42,971 nt of DNA from positions 1 through 42,971 of IMG/VR virus record IMGVR_UViG_3300030397_000229. One strand, 5' to 3'. The notes under the pieces were generated by a model. The model was given only the letters and a program-made list of their open reading frames with translations, ran no database searches and was not told the origin of the DNA. Numbering within the stretch: position 1 is the first letter of the stretch; the number at the start of each line of letters is the position of its first letter. Origin of the DNA: a virus. Shown in pieces: positions 6,615-16,256 of the stretch. The position numbers were made by a program, and so were the translations under genes.

Positions 6615-6847
6615 ACCAGGCTTCTCTGAAAAAATTTCAGAACCTCATCGAAGGGACATTAAGCTCCCTTATGTATGAGCACTATCCAGCGTACATGGAA
6701 ACCTATATGAGGTACAGGAACCGGACAGGTCCTCAGTGCCCCTTCTGCAAGAAGGCTGCGGAATACATGTTCACGGCAGAGTTTGCTAGAAATGGACAAG
6801 CATTCATAGATAGGTTCAATACTAATAACTTCGAAGAGTACGTATAA
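6611..6847 (+). CDS. Hypothetical protein (78 aa, CPFC motif)
   Basis: Overlaps both neighbours by start/stop coupling. Confidence 0.65.
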   Translation: MNQASLKKFQNLIEGTLSSLMYEHYPAYMETYMRYRNRTGPQCPFCKKAAEYMFTAEFARNGQAFIDRFNTNNFEEYV

Positions 6848-7623
6848 TGGAATTCATAGATCTCCCCAGACCTGAAGAGCCCGAGCAACCAGAGGACCCA
6901 AAACCAACTACAGACCTAGTGGTTCAGGGTGAGGGTCTGGGTGGGATCTTAGTTAAGCACTCCCAGGAAGCAGGGGTGCCTGTAGACAAGAAACAGTATG
7001 ACATTATCTCTAGCTTCATGGAGAGAGCTCAGCATGGTCATCAGGCTGCTCTTCCAATGAAGTGCCGGGGTACTAGCTGCAAATTCCTAGGCATGTGTCC
7101 TCTATATGAGGCCAGCATGAAGTTACCTGAGGGAGAGCGCTGCCCTGTAGAGAAGAGTGTACTAGAGATGTGGGTTCAAAAGACTATACACTCTCTAGAT
7201 ATAGACCCAGACAACCCAGAGTATGCGGTAGACCTGGATATGGTCTACGAGCTCGCAGGTATGGAGCTATTAAGGATGAGAGCTGCACACCACCTGCATG
7301 AGAGCCCTGCTCTGGTTGATGAGAAGATAGTTGGCTACTCTCCACAGGGCCAGCCTATCTATGACGAGAAGCCGGCAATGCCTCTCTTGATCTTGGAGAG
7401 ATACGCCAAAGTGATCGCTAAACTAAGGGAGGCACTGTTGGCAACTCGTAAATCACAGGCCATGGCAGGACAGATGGCAGGTGACACTTCTGTACGTACA
7501 GCTACCATAATGGAGAGAGCGCGTAAGATAGCAGAGAAGCGCAGATCTGGTGGTAAGCTGGGTGACGTGGAGGACGCAGAGTTTACTGTTCATGGAGAAC
7601 AAGAGGAAGATACCGAATCTTAA
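6847..7623 (+). CDS. Probable terminase small subunit with a Cys4 cluster
   Basis: C-x4-C-x5-C...C cluster, then helix, beta-hairpin (IVGYSPQGQPIY) and helix ending LLATRKS, an arrangement typical of TerS oligomerisation cores; upstream of TerL. Confidence 0.55.
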   Translation: MEFIDLPRPEEPEQPEDPKPTTDLVVQGEGLGGILVKHSQEAGVPVDKKQYDIISSFMERAQHGHQAALPMKCRGTSCKFLGMCPLYEASMKLPEGERCPVEKSVLEMWVQKTIHSLDIDPDNPEYAVDLDMVYELAGMELLRMRAAHHLHESPALVDEKIVGYSPQGQPIYDEKPAMPLLILERYAKVIAKLREALLATRKSQAMAGQMAGDTSVRTATIMERARKIAEKRRSGGKLGDVEDAEFTVHGEQEEDTES

Positions 7624-8815
7624 GTTCAACTTTGGGGCAGGTAAGACAGATCATATCCAGAAGGATGCGATTGCCTTCTTTGACCTAGAGACGACAGGTG
7701 TAGGCTCGTTTGAGTCACAGGGGAGGTATGTACCTCCTAACTTAAGAAAGCAGGGTGTCTACCCTAAGAAGCAGCTTCAGCTGGATGTTGGCATATACTC
7801 TGTGAGCTCTCAGATAGGAGAAGAGTCTACCACGCAGTTTGGTAGGACTGATGTGCCTGTAGAGAAAGGCGCACAGGACATATATGCTAAGAACCTGAAG
7901 ATGGGTCTCAAGGAGACCAAGAAGACAGAGAAGGAAATGCTGCGCAGCTTTGTCAAAGACCTTCAGGACAAGGGTATCAAGCAGCTAGCTGGATACAACG
8001 TAGCTAACTATGATGTCCCCCTGCTCATGCAGAGGCTTGAAAAGCTAGGTCTGACGGACGATCTTAAATTCATCCAGGGCTTAGACGTGGTTGACCTCAT
8101 GCCAATGTCACAGACATTTATAGATGAGATCAGTAAGCCGTACCACGGTGCTCTGGGATGGGATGACCTAACTAAAAAGAGACCAGGCTTCAAGCTAGAA
8201 CATGTGGCAGCAGGATTTGGCATAGACATGGGTGAAGCTCACCTAGCGAAGAACGATGTATCCGCCACTGTACAACTTCTTCACAAGCTAGAGACGCAAG
8301 AAGGCAGAGCTCAATTTAATGTTGGTAACTGGTGGAGAGCAGTAGAGGATACTCAGAGTAAAGCTGAGGGGCTAGTATGGGAGTCTAGAATGCAAGCACT
8401 AGAGCAAGCACTGGATGACACTCCTTTGACTAGCATACCCATGATGCCTGAGCCTGACCTACACGAGGCTCTAGGTACAAAGATAACCTCTACAGAGCCT
8501 GTGACCCCTATAATGAAGGCACGTGCTGGACTAGACCAGGTCAAGGCAGCTATAGCAACCGACGCATTTCAAGACTTCAGGAATGACGTCACCAAAACCC
8601 TCAACTCAAAGCACGCTCGTCTCTTTGGGGGCATTGTAGGTGGCCTAGTAGCCCTCTCTTATGCCAAAGATAAGTTGACCTCACACCTCCATCAGAGAGA
8701 TGCTGCCCTGAGATCTGGCATCAGAGACCAGGCAAACAGAGATAGTATGTCCCCTAGGACACCTATGGGCGGAAACTATACGTGGAACGCCTCACGGTAT
8801 CTGGGAGGATATTAA
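7592..8815 (+). CDS. DEDDh (DnaQ-like) 3'-5' exonuclease with a C-terminal membrane helix
   Basis: ExoI FFDLETTG, ExoII AGYNVANYD, ExoIII HLAKND; C-terminal LFGGIVGGLVALSYA. Start taken as ATG 7592 (track start GTG 7550). Confidence 0.85.
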   Translation: MENKRKIPNLKFNFGAGKTDHIQKDAIAFFDLETTGVGSFESQGRYVPPNLRKQGVYPKKQLQLDVGIYSVSSQIGEESTTQFGRTDVPVEKGAQDIYAKNLKMGLKETKKTEKEMLRSFVKDLQDKGIKQLAGYNVANYDVPLLMQRLEKLGLTDDLKFIQGLDVVDLMPMSQTFIDEISKPYHGALGWDDLTKKRPGFKLEHVAAGFGIDMGEAHLAKNDVSATVQLLHKLETQEGRAQFNVGNWWRAVEDTQSKAEGLVWESRMQALEQALDDTPLTSIPMMPEPDLHEALGTKITSTEPVTPIMKARAGLDQVKAAIATDAFQDFRNDVTKTLNSKHARLFGGIVGGLVALSYAKDKLTSHLHQRDAALRSGIRDQANRDSMSPRTPMGGNYTWNASRYLGGY

Positions 8816-9448
8816 ATGATAGCAGGCTACGCAAGAGCATTTAAGAACCTAGGCTCAGCTTTGAGTGGTGGTTCCAGTCTATCTAAAAATGTCCTGGCTA
8901 GAGCTCCACGGTCCCTGAAGATAGCAGCTGTGGGTGGTACTACAGCATACGCAGTTCACTCCGTCACCCACTCCAAGAACCTGGAGCAGTACCTGAAATC
9001 ACGGTATGGTGAGGAGAGAGGTACAGAGAGTACCTCTAGTTTAAGAACACTCGGCACACTAGGGTCAATCGGCATAGCCGCGACCACAGGCATGAGTGTC
9101 ATTGGTGGTATGGTAGGGAGAGGTGCATCAATGTCGGCGGCAAAGGCCGGGGGGTCTCTGTTTGCGAAGGGTGCAAGTAAAGCCTTAAAAGGTGGAGCCA
9201 ATATGATGCGCTCTCCTATCATGCCTAGAAAACATCCATTCATGGCAGCAGGCGTGTATGGAGGTGCAGTAGGTGTAGGTGCTGGCCTAATGCAGACAAG
9301 ATTAGCTAACAGTCCTATATCCCCGGAGGGGAGAATAACTGGAATGGGCTCAGGCCCCAACAACGGTGGTATATATGCGCCACTACAGTTCTCCACGCAA
9401 GGCATGCCCCTAAGGATCCATAACAATAGACGGAGGATCTTTATCTAA
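8816..9448 (+). CDS. Gly/Ala-rich basic protein with several predicted membrane helices (210 aa)
   Basis: GxxxG-rich apolar segments separated by basic stretches. Confidence 0.7.
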   Translation: MIAGYARAFKNLGSALSGGSSLSKNVLARAPRSLKIAAVGGTTAYAVHSVTHSKNLEQYLKSRYGEERGTESTSSLRTLGTLGSIGIAATTGMSVIGGMVGRGASMSAAKAGGSLFAKGASKALKGGANMMRSPIMPRKHPFMAAGVYGGAVGVGAGLMQTRLANSPISPEGRITGMGSGPNNGGIYAPLQFSTQGMPLRIHNNRRRIFI

Positions 9449-10032
9449 TGCCTGGCATGGACTATCTAGCTTACAAGGATATGGATGAGGACAACCTTTT
9501 CTATGACCCTGTAAAGATGATCGGCTTCGATGTAGCTAGTGTCTTTGGCGCTAAATACATGAAGAAGCGTGGTCAACGCTACCTCAATAGAGCAAAGCCA
9601 GTAGGTGAGTTCTCCAGGCTTGGTCCTGGAGGGAGCACACCTTTTGGTGCTGGTGTCAATACTGAGCCCTCATATAGAGCTAGTGACAGTATGGCACAGA
9701 CCCCCGGAGGTAGGCGAGTCCTTAGAGCTAGAGGTAGAGCCAATATAGGCTATGCCAAAACGCTGAGAGGCCTAGGCAGAACCTTTGGTATCATAGGCAT
9801 GGCCCAGGTGGGCTTTCTCATGGCTCGTGGACTAGCCGACGTAGGTTCTTCTATGCGGGTAGATAGGGAATCCACTGAGATGATGAGATATGATGTCAAT
9901 ATGCAGGAGAACACCTACTTTGACTCTAGAGCCGCTTTCACGCAAAGGCAGCGTGCTCTTCAAGTGATACATAATTCGAGACTTGCTCTCAAGCCAGCTC
10001 TTGGTGGGGAGGCCTCATACTTACATGCATAA
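9448..10032 (+). CDS. Gly/Arg-rich protein with a hydrophobic helix (194 aa), putative virion-internal protein
   Basis: TFGIIGMAQVGFLMA segment; TAATG coupling. Function is inference. Confidence 0.65.
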   Translation: MPGMDYLAYKDMDEDNLFYDPVKMIGFDVASVFGAKYMKKRGQRYLNRAKPVGEFSRLGPGGSTPFGAGVNTEPSYRASDSMAQTPGGRRVLRARGRANIGYAKTLRGLGRTFGIIGMAQVGFLMARGLADVGSSMRVDRESTEMMRYDVNMQENTYFDSRAAFTQRQRALQVIHNSRLALKPALGGEASYLHA

Positions 10033-10045
10033 AGAGGAGAACAGA

Positions 10046-10699
10046 ATGGCCGAACCTAATCTTGAGCCCAGAGTAACGGCGCTAGAGACGAGCATCACGT
10101 CATTAACAGAAGATGTTAGAAGTCTCGGCAGAAGCCTAGAACGATATGCCGATAGTACCACTACGCAAATAACAGAACTCTCTAGTAAGTTCTCTGCGTC
10201 ACAGAAGACACCGTGGGGCGTATTAGCCTCTTGGGCAGGTGTAGTTCTTGTAATTGTTGGTATGGCTGGATCCAGCTTTATCAAGGATATACTTGATATA
10301 GAAGACAGAGTTGGTGTTATAGAAAAGAACTACCTAGAACACGTAATGACACAAGGCCATCCTGCTCTTATTGCAAGGGTTGACTCTATTGAAAGAGATA
10401 TATTGCGTGGTGATGCTTCGAGTAAAGAGCGTCATCTTGAACAAGCAGAAGCAATTAAAAACTTAGATATTGTTTTACAAAGGGAAATGCGCCTGTTAGA
10501 CGAAACAACTCAAGCTGAGTTGCTGGCCCTAGACCAAAGACTGCAGCTTGAGATGGCCCTCTTAGATAGTATCGTAGAAGAGAGGGTCAACGGTCATACA
10601 AACGTTCTCAAAGAGCGCTTAGAGGCCGCAAAAGAAGAGCTGGAAAAAGTTCGCGAGGAGCAAAGCCGCAGAACTTCCAGGATATATGAAACTCAATAA
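10046..10699 (+). CDS. Coiled-coil protein with one transmembrane helix (217 aa; start revised to ATG 10046)
   Basis: AGAGGAG SD; heptad-rich segments flank PWGVLASWAGVVLVIVGMAG; might be lysis-related but this is unproven. Confidence 0.7.
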   Translation: MAEPNLEPRVTALETSITSLTEDVRSLGRSLERYADSTTTQITELSSKFSASQKTPWGVLASWAGVVLVIVGMAGSSFIKDILDIEDRVGVIEKNYLEHVMTQGHPALIARVDSIERDILRGDASSKERHLEQAEAIKNLDIVLQREMRLLDETTQAELLALDQRLQLEMALLDSIVEERVNGHTNVLKERLEAAKEELEKVREEQSRRTSRIYETQ

Positions 10700-11727
10700 T
10701 GAAAGCAGATAAAAAGACCCTTAAGTTAGTAAGGGAACTGATTGAAGAAGGCTACGGCAGGAGACGAATCGCACAGGTCTTAGAGACCACAGAATGGCAG
10801 GCACGAGGCTTAATAAAGCAGATACTCGACGAAGCAGATATATCCCCGACTAAAAGAAAGCAGCCAGAAGAGCCAGAGATGTCCTCTGGTAGAAGCAAGC
10901 CATTCAAACAACCCAAGAAAAAGAAGAAGCGTACCCCGGTAACAATAACTTCAACTGCTATACAGTCTGACGTACCAGCAGAGCTTGTAGAAAGAGATAT
11001 AACACTGCGAGTAGCAGTGGTAAGTGACATCCATTATCCATTTGAGGATGAGAACGCTATTAAGATATGCAAGGCATATCTACAAGACTACGACCCTGAC
11101 CTTATTGTGTTGAATGGTGACGTAGTTGACTGTTACTCAGTCAGTAGCTATACCAAGGATATAAGAAAGAAGATCAGTATCCAGGATGAGCTAGACTATG
11201 GGGCAGAGAGACTGCAGGAGTGGGTAGACGAATTCCCAGGCGCTGAGTTTAAATACGTAGAGGGTAACCACGAAACTAGGCTATCTAGGCTAATAAAGAA
11301 TCATGCTCCAGCCTTAGCATCTCTTCGTACCCTGAATATCAAGGACAACTTGGGTCTAGATGAGATGGGTATAGAATGGATACCAGAGAATCACGATCTA
11401 AAGGTGGGCAACCTGCTCTTCCTGCATGGGCATAGAGTTAGACGTGGTGCTGGTAACACAGCTAGAGGTCACTTTGATGACTATGGCTGCTCACTGATAA
11501 TTGGCCATATCCATAGACTGGCAGTGTTATGGAAGAGAAATAAGTACGGCAACCATGCTCTAATAGAGAATGGCACGCTATGTGATCTAGATGTGGAGTT
11601 TGCACGGTTCCCAGACTGGCAACAAGGCTTCACAACCATAGACTTTGACGGCGATGACTTTACACCCACATCTCATTTGATAGATAACTACAAGCTCATC
11701 GCTGACGGCAGGGTGTATACATTGTAA
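10699..11727 (+). CDS. Calcineurin-like metallophosphoesterase with an N-terminal HTH
   Basis: All five motifs present: SDIH, GDVVD, GNHE, HGH, GHIH; N-terminal GYGRRRIAQVLETTEWQAR HTH; Lys-rich linker. Confidence 0.9.
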   Translation: MKADKKTLKLVRELIEEGYGRRRIAQVLETTEWQARGLIKQILDEADISPTKRKQPEEPEMSSGRSKPFKQPKKKKKRTPVTITSTAIQSDVPAELVERDITLRVAVVSDIHYPFEDENAIKICKAYLQDYDPDLIVLNGDVVDCYSVSSYTKDIRKKISIQDELDYGAERLQEWVDEFPGAEFKYVEGNHETRLSRLIKNHAPALASLRTLNIKDNLGLDEMGIEWIPENHDLKVGNLLFLHGHRVRRGAGNTARGHFDDYGCSLIIGHIHRLAVLWKRNKYGNHALIENGTLCDLDVEFARFPDWQQGFTTIDFDGDDFTPTSHLIDNYKLIADGRVYTL

Positions 11728-13706
11728 TGGCAGAAGAAACAGAAGTTGTAGAAGGTCCGACAGAAGCCGATCATATACTTGTAAAGAAGTATATACCGGA
11801 GAGGGACTATAAATCTAGAGACTATAAGCCCTATGGTGGTCCCTTTGAAGACCTCTGTGGACATTGCAATCTATACTACGACATAGTGCACAAGGAGGGG
11901 GCATCTGAATTTGCGTTCCCTCCTGAGTGTAAGGGGCATATACTAGATGAATTCAAGGGTCTAAACAAAGAAGACTTCGCTACCGAAGAAGAGTACGATG
12001 ATCTGCTTGTTACTATGGACCCTGTGTCCTGGATGTATAAGAACTTTGGATGGGAAGCACGTTGGTACCAGGAGGAGATGATGTCATGTACAGCCTTGAA
12101 AAAGATTGTGCGTGCAGGTCGTAGAACTGGGAAGACAACGTGTATCGCTGCCCTATGCTGCTGGCTAGCTCAGACTAATAGTAACTTCACTATTCTGGTC
12201 ATTGCTCCGTATGAATCTCAGGTAATGAAGGTATTCGAGGAGATAACTAAATTCCTCAAGAGCAGCCCTCAGATCGCATCCTCTATACGCAGAAGTACTA
12301 AATCTCCTCACCACCGTATTGAGTTCTATAATGACTCAAAGATTCTAGGTTTCTCTTCAGGTGCTCAGTCATCTGCAAGATCAGACAAGGTTCGTGGTCA
12401 GGATGCTAACTACATCGTTCTTGATGAGGCTGACTACCTTGATGCCTCTGATGTTGAAGCTATTCTTGCTATCCTAGCCTCACACCCCAATTGTGGACTA
12501 TGGGCTTCATCTACACCCACTGGTGAGCACAAGAAGTTCTATGAGTGGGCAGTTAAGAAGGACCTAGGGTTTAAGGAGTTTCATTATATATCCCATGAGT
12601 CACCATCCTGGACTGAACAGGCTGAGAAGTTCTTTAGGCTTAACTATGATGCCATCATGTTTGAGCACGAGTTCTTGGCTGAGTTTGGTATTCAGGAATC
12701 TGGTGTATTCAGAAATGACCTGGTAGATGCATCTCTAATAGACGCGATGCTGCCTATAGACGGTGAAATTAACACTAGAAGGATCATGGGGGTAGACTGG
12801 AACGGTGCTAGCATAGGTACGCATATAGTCATTGTGGAAGCCCGAGTGGATCCACACACAGGTGTTAAGTACTGGATATTAGAGAAGAAGATCATCAAGG
12901 GTGAGCAATTCACAGCACATGCTGCAGTTGAAGAGATTGCTAGGCTTGTCAGAGATTATCAGATAGACTTTGTGTATGTGGATGCCGGATATGGTGAAGT
13001 TCAGGTAGAGATGCTTAGAAAGCTAGGCAGTCTTGATCCAGCCAACAGACTACACCGTATTGTTAAGCCGTATGCTATGCAGACTAAGATCGAAATCAAG
13101 GACCCAATCACGGGCTTGATGATCAAGAAGGCTGCTAAGCCATTCATGGTAAACTGTGCCGTTAGAGAGCTAGAGGCTAGGCGTCTTGTTCTTCCTGCTT
13201 CTGAAGATACTCAGGTCCTAGTTGAGAGTACCGACACTCAAGAGACTGGTACATCTGCAGGGTTAGTACAGCAGATGCGTAACTTCAAGATCGAGCGTGT
13301 CTCCTCTCTTGGTCTGCCAACCTATAGTCAGGGTGATGATCATACTCTCACTGCATACATGCTAGCTATCACTGGCTTCCTGCTTGAGTTCTCCGATATG
13401 AGACGAAGCAATGTAGATGCCAGGATTAGAGAGGTATCACCTAACAGGCCAGACGAAGAGAATGAATTTGACCGTAGAGCTTCTGAGGGTATTAGACAGC
13501 TAGACGCAGGCTCGTCTATGTTCGGCAAGGGCAGAACAGCAGGTAGCACCTTTAAGGCTATAGCTGACAGAGCTAACTTTAGAAAGCGAATAGCCAAAGG
13601 AGATCGAAAGGCATTAAGACGGCATTTCAGTAGATCTAATATCAATAGAACCGCAGGATTAAAGAGAGATAATCTAAAAGGCGATGACAGATCACGAAAA
13701 TTCTAA
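11727..13706 (+). CDS. terL: Terminase large subunit
   Basis: Q-motif WYQ, Walker A AGRRTGKTT, Walker B IVLDEAD, coupling motif SSTP, RNase H-like nuclease motifs GVDW, VDAG and DDH. Confidence 0.95.
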   Translation: MAEETEVVEGPTEADHILVKKYIPERDYKSRDYKPYGGPFEDLCGHCNLYYDIVHKEGASEFAFPPECKGHILDEFKGLNKEDFATEEEYDDLLVTMDPVSWMYKNFGWEARWYQEEMMSCTALKKIVRAGRRTGKTTCIAALCCWLAQTNSNFTILVIAPYESQVMKVFEEITKFLKSSPQIASSIRRSTKSPHHRIEFYNDSKILGFSSGAQSSARSDKVRGQDANYIVLDEADYLDASDVEAILAILASHPNCGLWASSTPTGEHKKFYEWAVKKDLGFKEFHYISHESPSWTEQAEKFFRLNYDAIMFEHEFLAEFGIQESGVFRNDLVDASLIDAMLPIDGEINTRRIMGVDWNGASIGTHIVIVEARVDPHTGVKYWILEKKIIKGEQFTAHAAVEEIARLVRDYQIDFVYVDAGYGEVQVEMLRKLGSLDPANRLHRIVKPYAMQTKIEIKDPITGLMIKKAAKPFMVNCAVRELEARRLVLPASEDTQVLVESTDTQETGTSAGLVQQMRNFKIERVSSLGLPTYSQGDDHTLTAYMLAITGFLLEFSDMRRSNVDARIREVSPNRPDEENEFDRRASEGIRQLDAGSSMFGKGRTAGSTFKAIADRANFRKRIAKGDRKALRRHFSRSNINRTAGLKRDNLKGDDRSRKF

Positions 13707-14313
13707 TATATCAGATTTTGATCGTCTTTTACATGAAGATGACAAAAGCTATGCAGGGCCAGACCTACCTGAAGACCTTAGCAACAGCTTTCTAAGGGAA
13801 AACCCAGTAGGGCCGCTGTGTCCTATAGTTTATTATATAGGGTGTGGAGAAGGCTGGAAGAACGTCTTAGAACTAGGTACAGGTAATGGTGTGGCCAGTG
13901 CTGCGTTAAATGGAATTGTAGAGCACACAGACGGGCATGTTATAACTGTAGATACCTATGGAGGAAAGGACAAGTTTGTAGAAGGGTTTGAAAGAGTTAC
14001 CTTCTTGAAGAAGAATAGTACTGACGAAGATGAGATACTTGAGGCCTTAAAGGAGCGGGACATGCTACCGCTAGATTGTGTGTTTATAGATGCCGACCAT
14101 CGATCCGAGGCTATGCAAACGGATTACGAAATTTGGCGCAAGCATGTTAGGCCAGAAGGTTTCATGATGTTTCATGATGTATGTGTATGGAACAGAGAAT
14201 GCGAAGGGCCTAGGTTTTGGAATAGCAAACAAAGAGGGTTATTTAGAGGCTGGGATAAGCTAACTATATCTTTCAGTAACGGCCTAGGAGTGTTGCGTAA
14301 GAAGAGTAAATAA
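13684..14313 (+). CDS. Class I SAM-dependent methyltransferase (Methyltransf_24-like)
   Basis: VLELGTGNG, ITVD, DCVFIDADH, RPEGFMMFHD and C-terminal GLGVLRK. Confidence 0.88.
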   Translation: MTDHENSNISDFDRLLHEDDKSYAGPDLPEDLSNSFLRENPVGPLCPIVYYIGCGEGWKNVLELGTGNGVASAALNGIVEHTDGHVITVDTYGGKDKFVEGFERVTFLKKNSTDEDEILEALKERDMLPLDCVFIDADHRSEAMQTDYEIWRKHVRPEGFMMFHDVCVWNRECEGPRFWNSKQRGLFRGWDKLTISFSNGLGVLRKKSK

Positions 14314-16256
14314 TGTCACTAGACTACGACGGCATACCTAGATTCAAAAGGGAGCGTGATCTTTTCTTAGAGAGGATCTCGCCTAATGCTGTTAATGACT
14401 TCCTAGATCAGGACGTCAGGATTGAGGATGAAGAGGATGCTGTCTTTGATGACATAGCCAGGGTATTTCTAAAGGGCGACGCACTCATTAAGGGTCTGGG
14501 CGCTATGAATCCCCTTGCATTTATCCCTGTAGAAGCTGAGAGTCCAGTAGTAAACTCACTGCAGAGAGTCTTCCCTGACAAAGGTGACTTCACTGTCATT
14601 ACATTTGGCGAGTTCAAAGAAGCCTGTGAGTTTATCGTAGGTCGCATGGGCGCAATAAATGAGGAGTATCTCCGAAACTTTAATATAATAGATCCTAAGC
14701 TAGAGGGAACTTCAGTTACCACGACACACAAAGGTGTTGAAAGAAGCGGTGACGACTGGGTGACTGAGTTCCTTCTTGCTTCTACAGCCTTCGCAGGTCT
14801 TATGATCGGTGGCTTTGTGCAGGATGTCTTTGGTACTATCATACCTAGAGCTACAGGTCCAGCCAATGAGCCCAAGCAGTTCTTTGCACAGGGCATAGGA
14901 GTCGGGCTAGCCCTGTTAATAGAGATAGGTGTGAACTTTGCTGCACTCAAGCTGCTCTTCAGTGGCACAAATACCCTAGACGGAGACATAGAGTCACAGT
15001 TCGGAGAGCTAGCTGAGAACCCTGCTAAGCGCAAGGAAGTACTAGAAGGAGCAGGATATGACTATGCTGCCCTCAGGAGAAACCAGAGATACGACGATTA
15101 TAAGGCAATAAAGACGTATTGTCTGAATTATATTGCACGTACCTCTACTCAGCAGCTAAACTATGATCACTGGATAGGATGGCTGCAAGTTCTTGAGAAC
15201 CATCAGATAGTGAGAGGTGCATTTGCACTGGCTCCTAACTTCTCTAGGAAGTGGAGGAAGTTCCAGACTACAGCTCAGACTACAGTCACCGGCTCTCTAG
15301 TAGAGGATGACGAGCTAAGTGACGTGTTTGATGAGGAGGCAATAAAATCAGCACTCAACACAGGATTGAGAAGCTACCTCTCATCTATACTCACTCTTAG
15401 CAATGAGGCCTACAACAACCAGTTTGACGCATTTATTCTTAAGATAGATGAGCGCCTACTATGCTGCCTTATGTACTTCTTAGGGCCCATGGATGCAGAC
15501 ACGCTTAGGACTATATCAAACCTCCTTAAGCTGGCTACATTTAGGATTAACCTCAACCTAATAGACCTATTAACGTTCTTGTCAGAGTCTGTGCTAACGG
15601 CCATACTAAATATGATGGCCTCATATGTAAGCCAGATCATAGATAAGATCGTCAAGAAGATATTCGATCTGTTCTTTGGTATACCAGAGACAGACATACA
15701 AGCAGCGATACAGCTATGCGCCGGCATAGACATTTTATTCAAAATATTTGAGCTTTCTCTGGACACGGTGCTTGACTTCCTTGGCAACATAGTTCAGAAC
15801 CTCAATTCTCTAATACAGCAGTCTCATAGCAAACAAACCCTAGGTGCCTCTATATACGTAGAAAGGCGCTTAGTGCATACTATAGTGGCACTTATAGACG
15901 CTATCATAGCTAAATTAGACCGTGCTAAAGACATATGTAGACTGCCAGAAGATGGCTCTCCTGTAGAGGTCATCGATGATAGAGCAGCAGAAGCTGCATT
16001 AGATTTCGTAGTCAATGAGCTACCAGCTCTGTTCCCAGTCTTAGAAGTGTCGGAAGATGTTAGGAGGAAACATTTTAGAAACACGGGAGGTTTCGTGACC
16101 AAGAATCTAGGCATTGAGATACCGGGTACAGATGATTCTGGCAGATCTGAGGATATTGACATTGACCAGAAGGTCGTGGACTGTGCCCAGCAGTCCCCTG
16201 CCAGCAAGTCTGTGCAACTAGCACAGCAGATAGTAAATCAATTTAAGGTACGATAA
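14313..16256 (+). CDS. Large acidic alpha-helical protein with hydrophobic segments, function unknown (647 aa)
   Basis: Long ORF translationally coupled to the portal gene; two apolar helices at about aa 150-215 and a long amphipathic block at about aa 380-540. Confidence 0.8.
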   Translation: MSLDYDGIPRFKRERDLFLERISPNAVNDFLDQDVRIEDEEDAVFDDIARVFLKGDALIKGLGAMNPLAFIPVEAESPVVNSLQRVFPDKGDFTVITFGEFKEACEFIVGRMGAINEEYLRNFNIIDPKLEGTSVTTTHKGVERSGDDWVTEFLLASTAFAGLMIGGFVQDVFGTIIPRATGPANEPKQFFAQGIGVGLALLIEIGVNFAALKLLFSGTNTLDGDIESQFGELAENPAKRKEVLEGAGYDYAALRRNQRYDDYKAIKTYCLNYIARTSTQQLNYDHWIGWLQVLENHQIVRGAFALAPNFSRKWRKFQTTAQTTVTGSLVEDDELSDVFDEEAIKSALNTGLRSYLSSILTLSNEAYNNQFDAFILKIDERLLCCLMYFLGPMDADTLRTISNLLKLATFRINLNLIDLLTFLSESVLTAILNMMASYVSQIIDKIVKKIFDLFFGIPETDIQAAIQLCAGIDILFKIFELSLDTVLDFLGNIVQNLNSLIQQSHSKQTLGASIYVERRLVHTIVALIDAIIAKLDRAKDICRLPEDGSPVEVIDDRAAEAALDFVVNELPALFPVLEVSEDVRRKHFRNTGGFVTKNLGIEIPGTDDSGRSEDIDIDQKVVDCAQQSPASKSVQLAQQIVNQFKVR

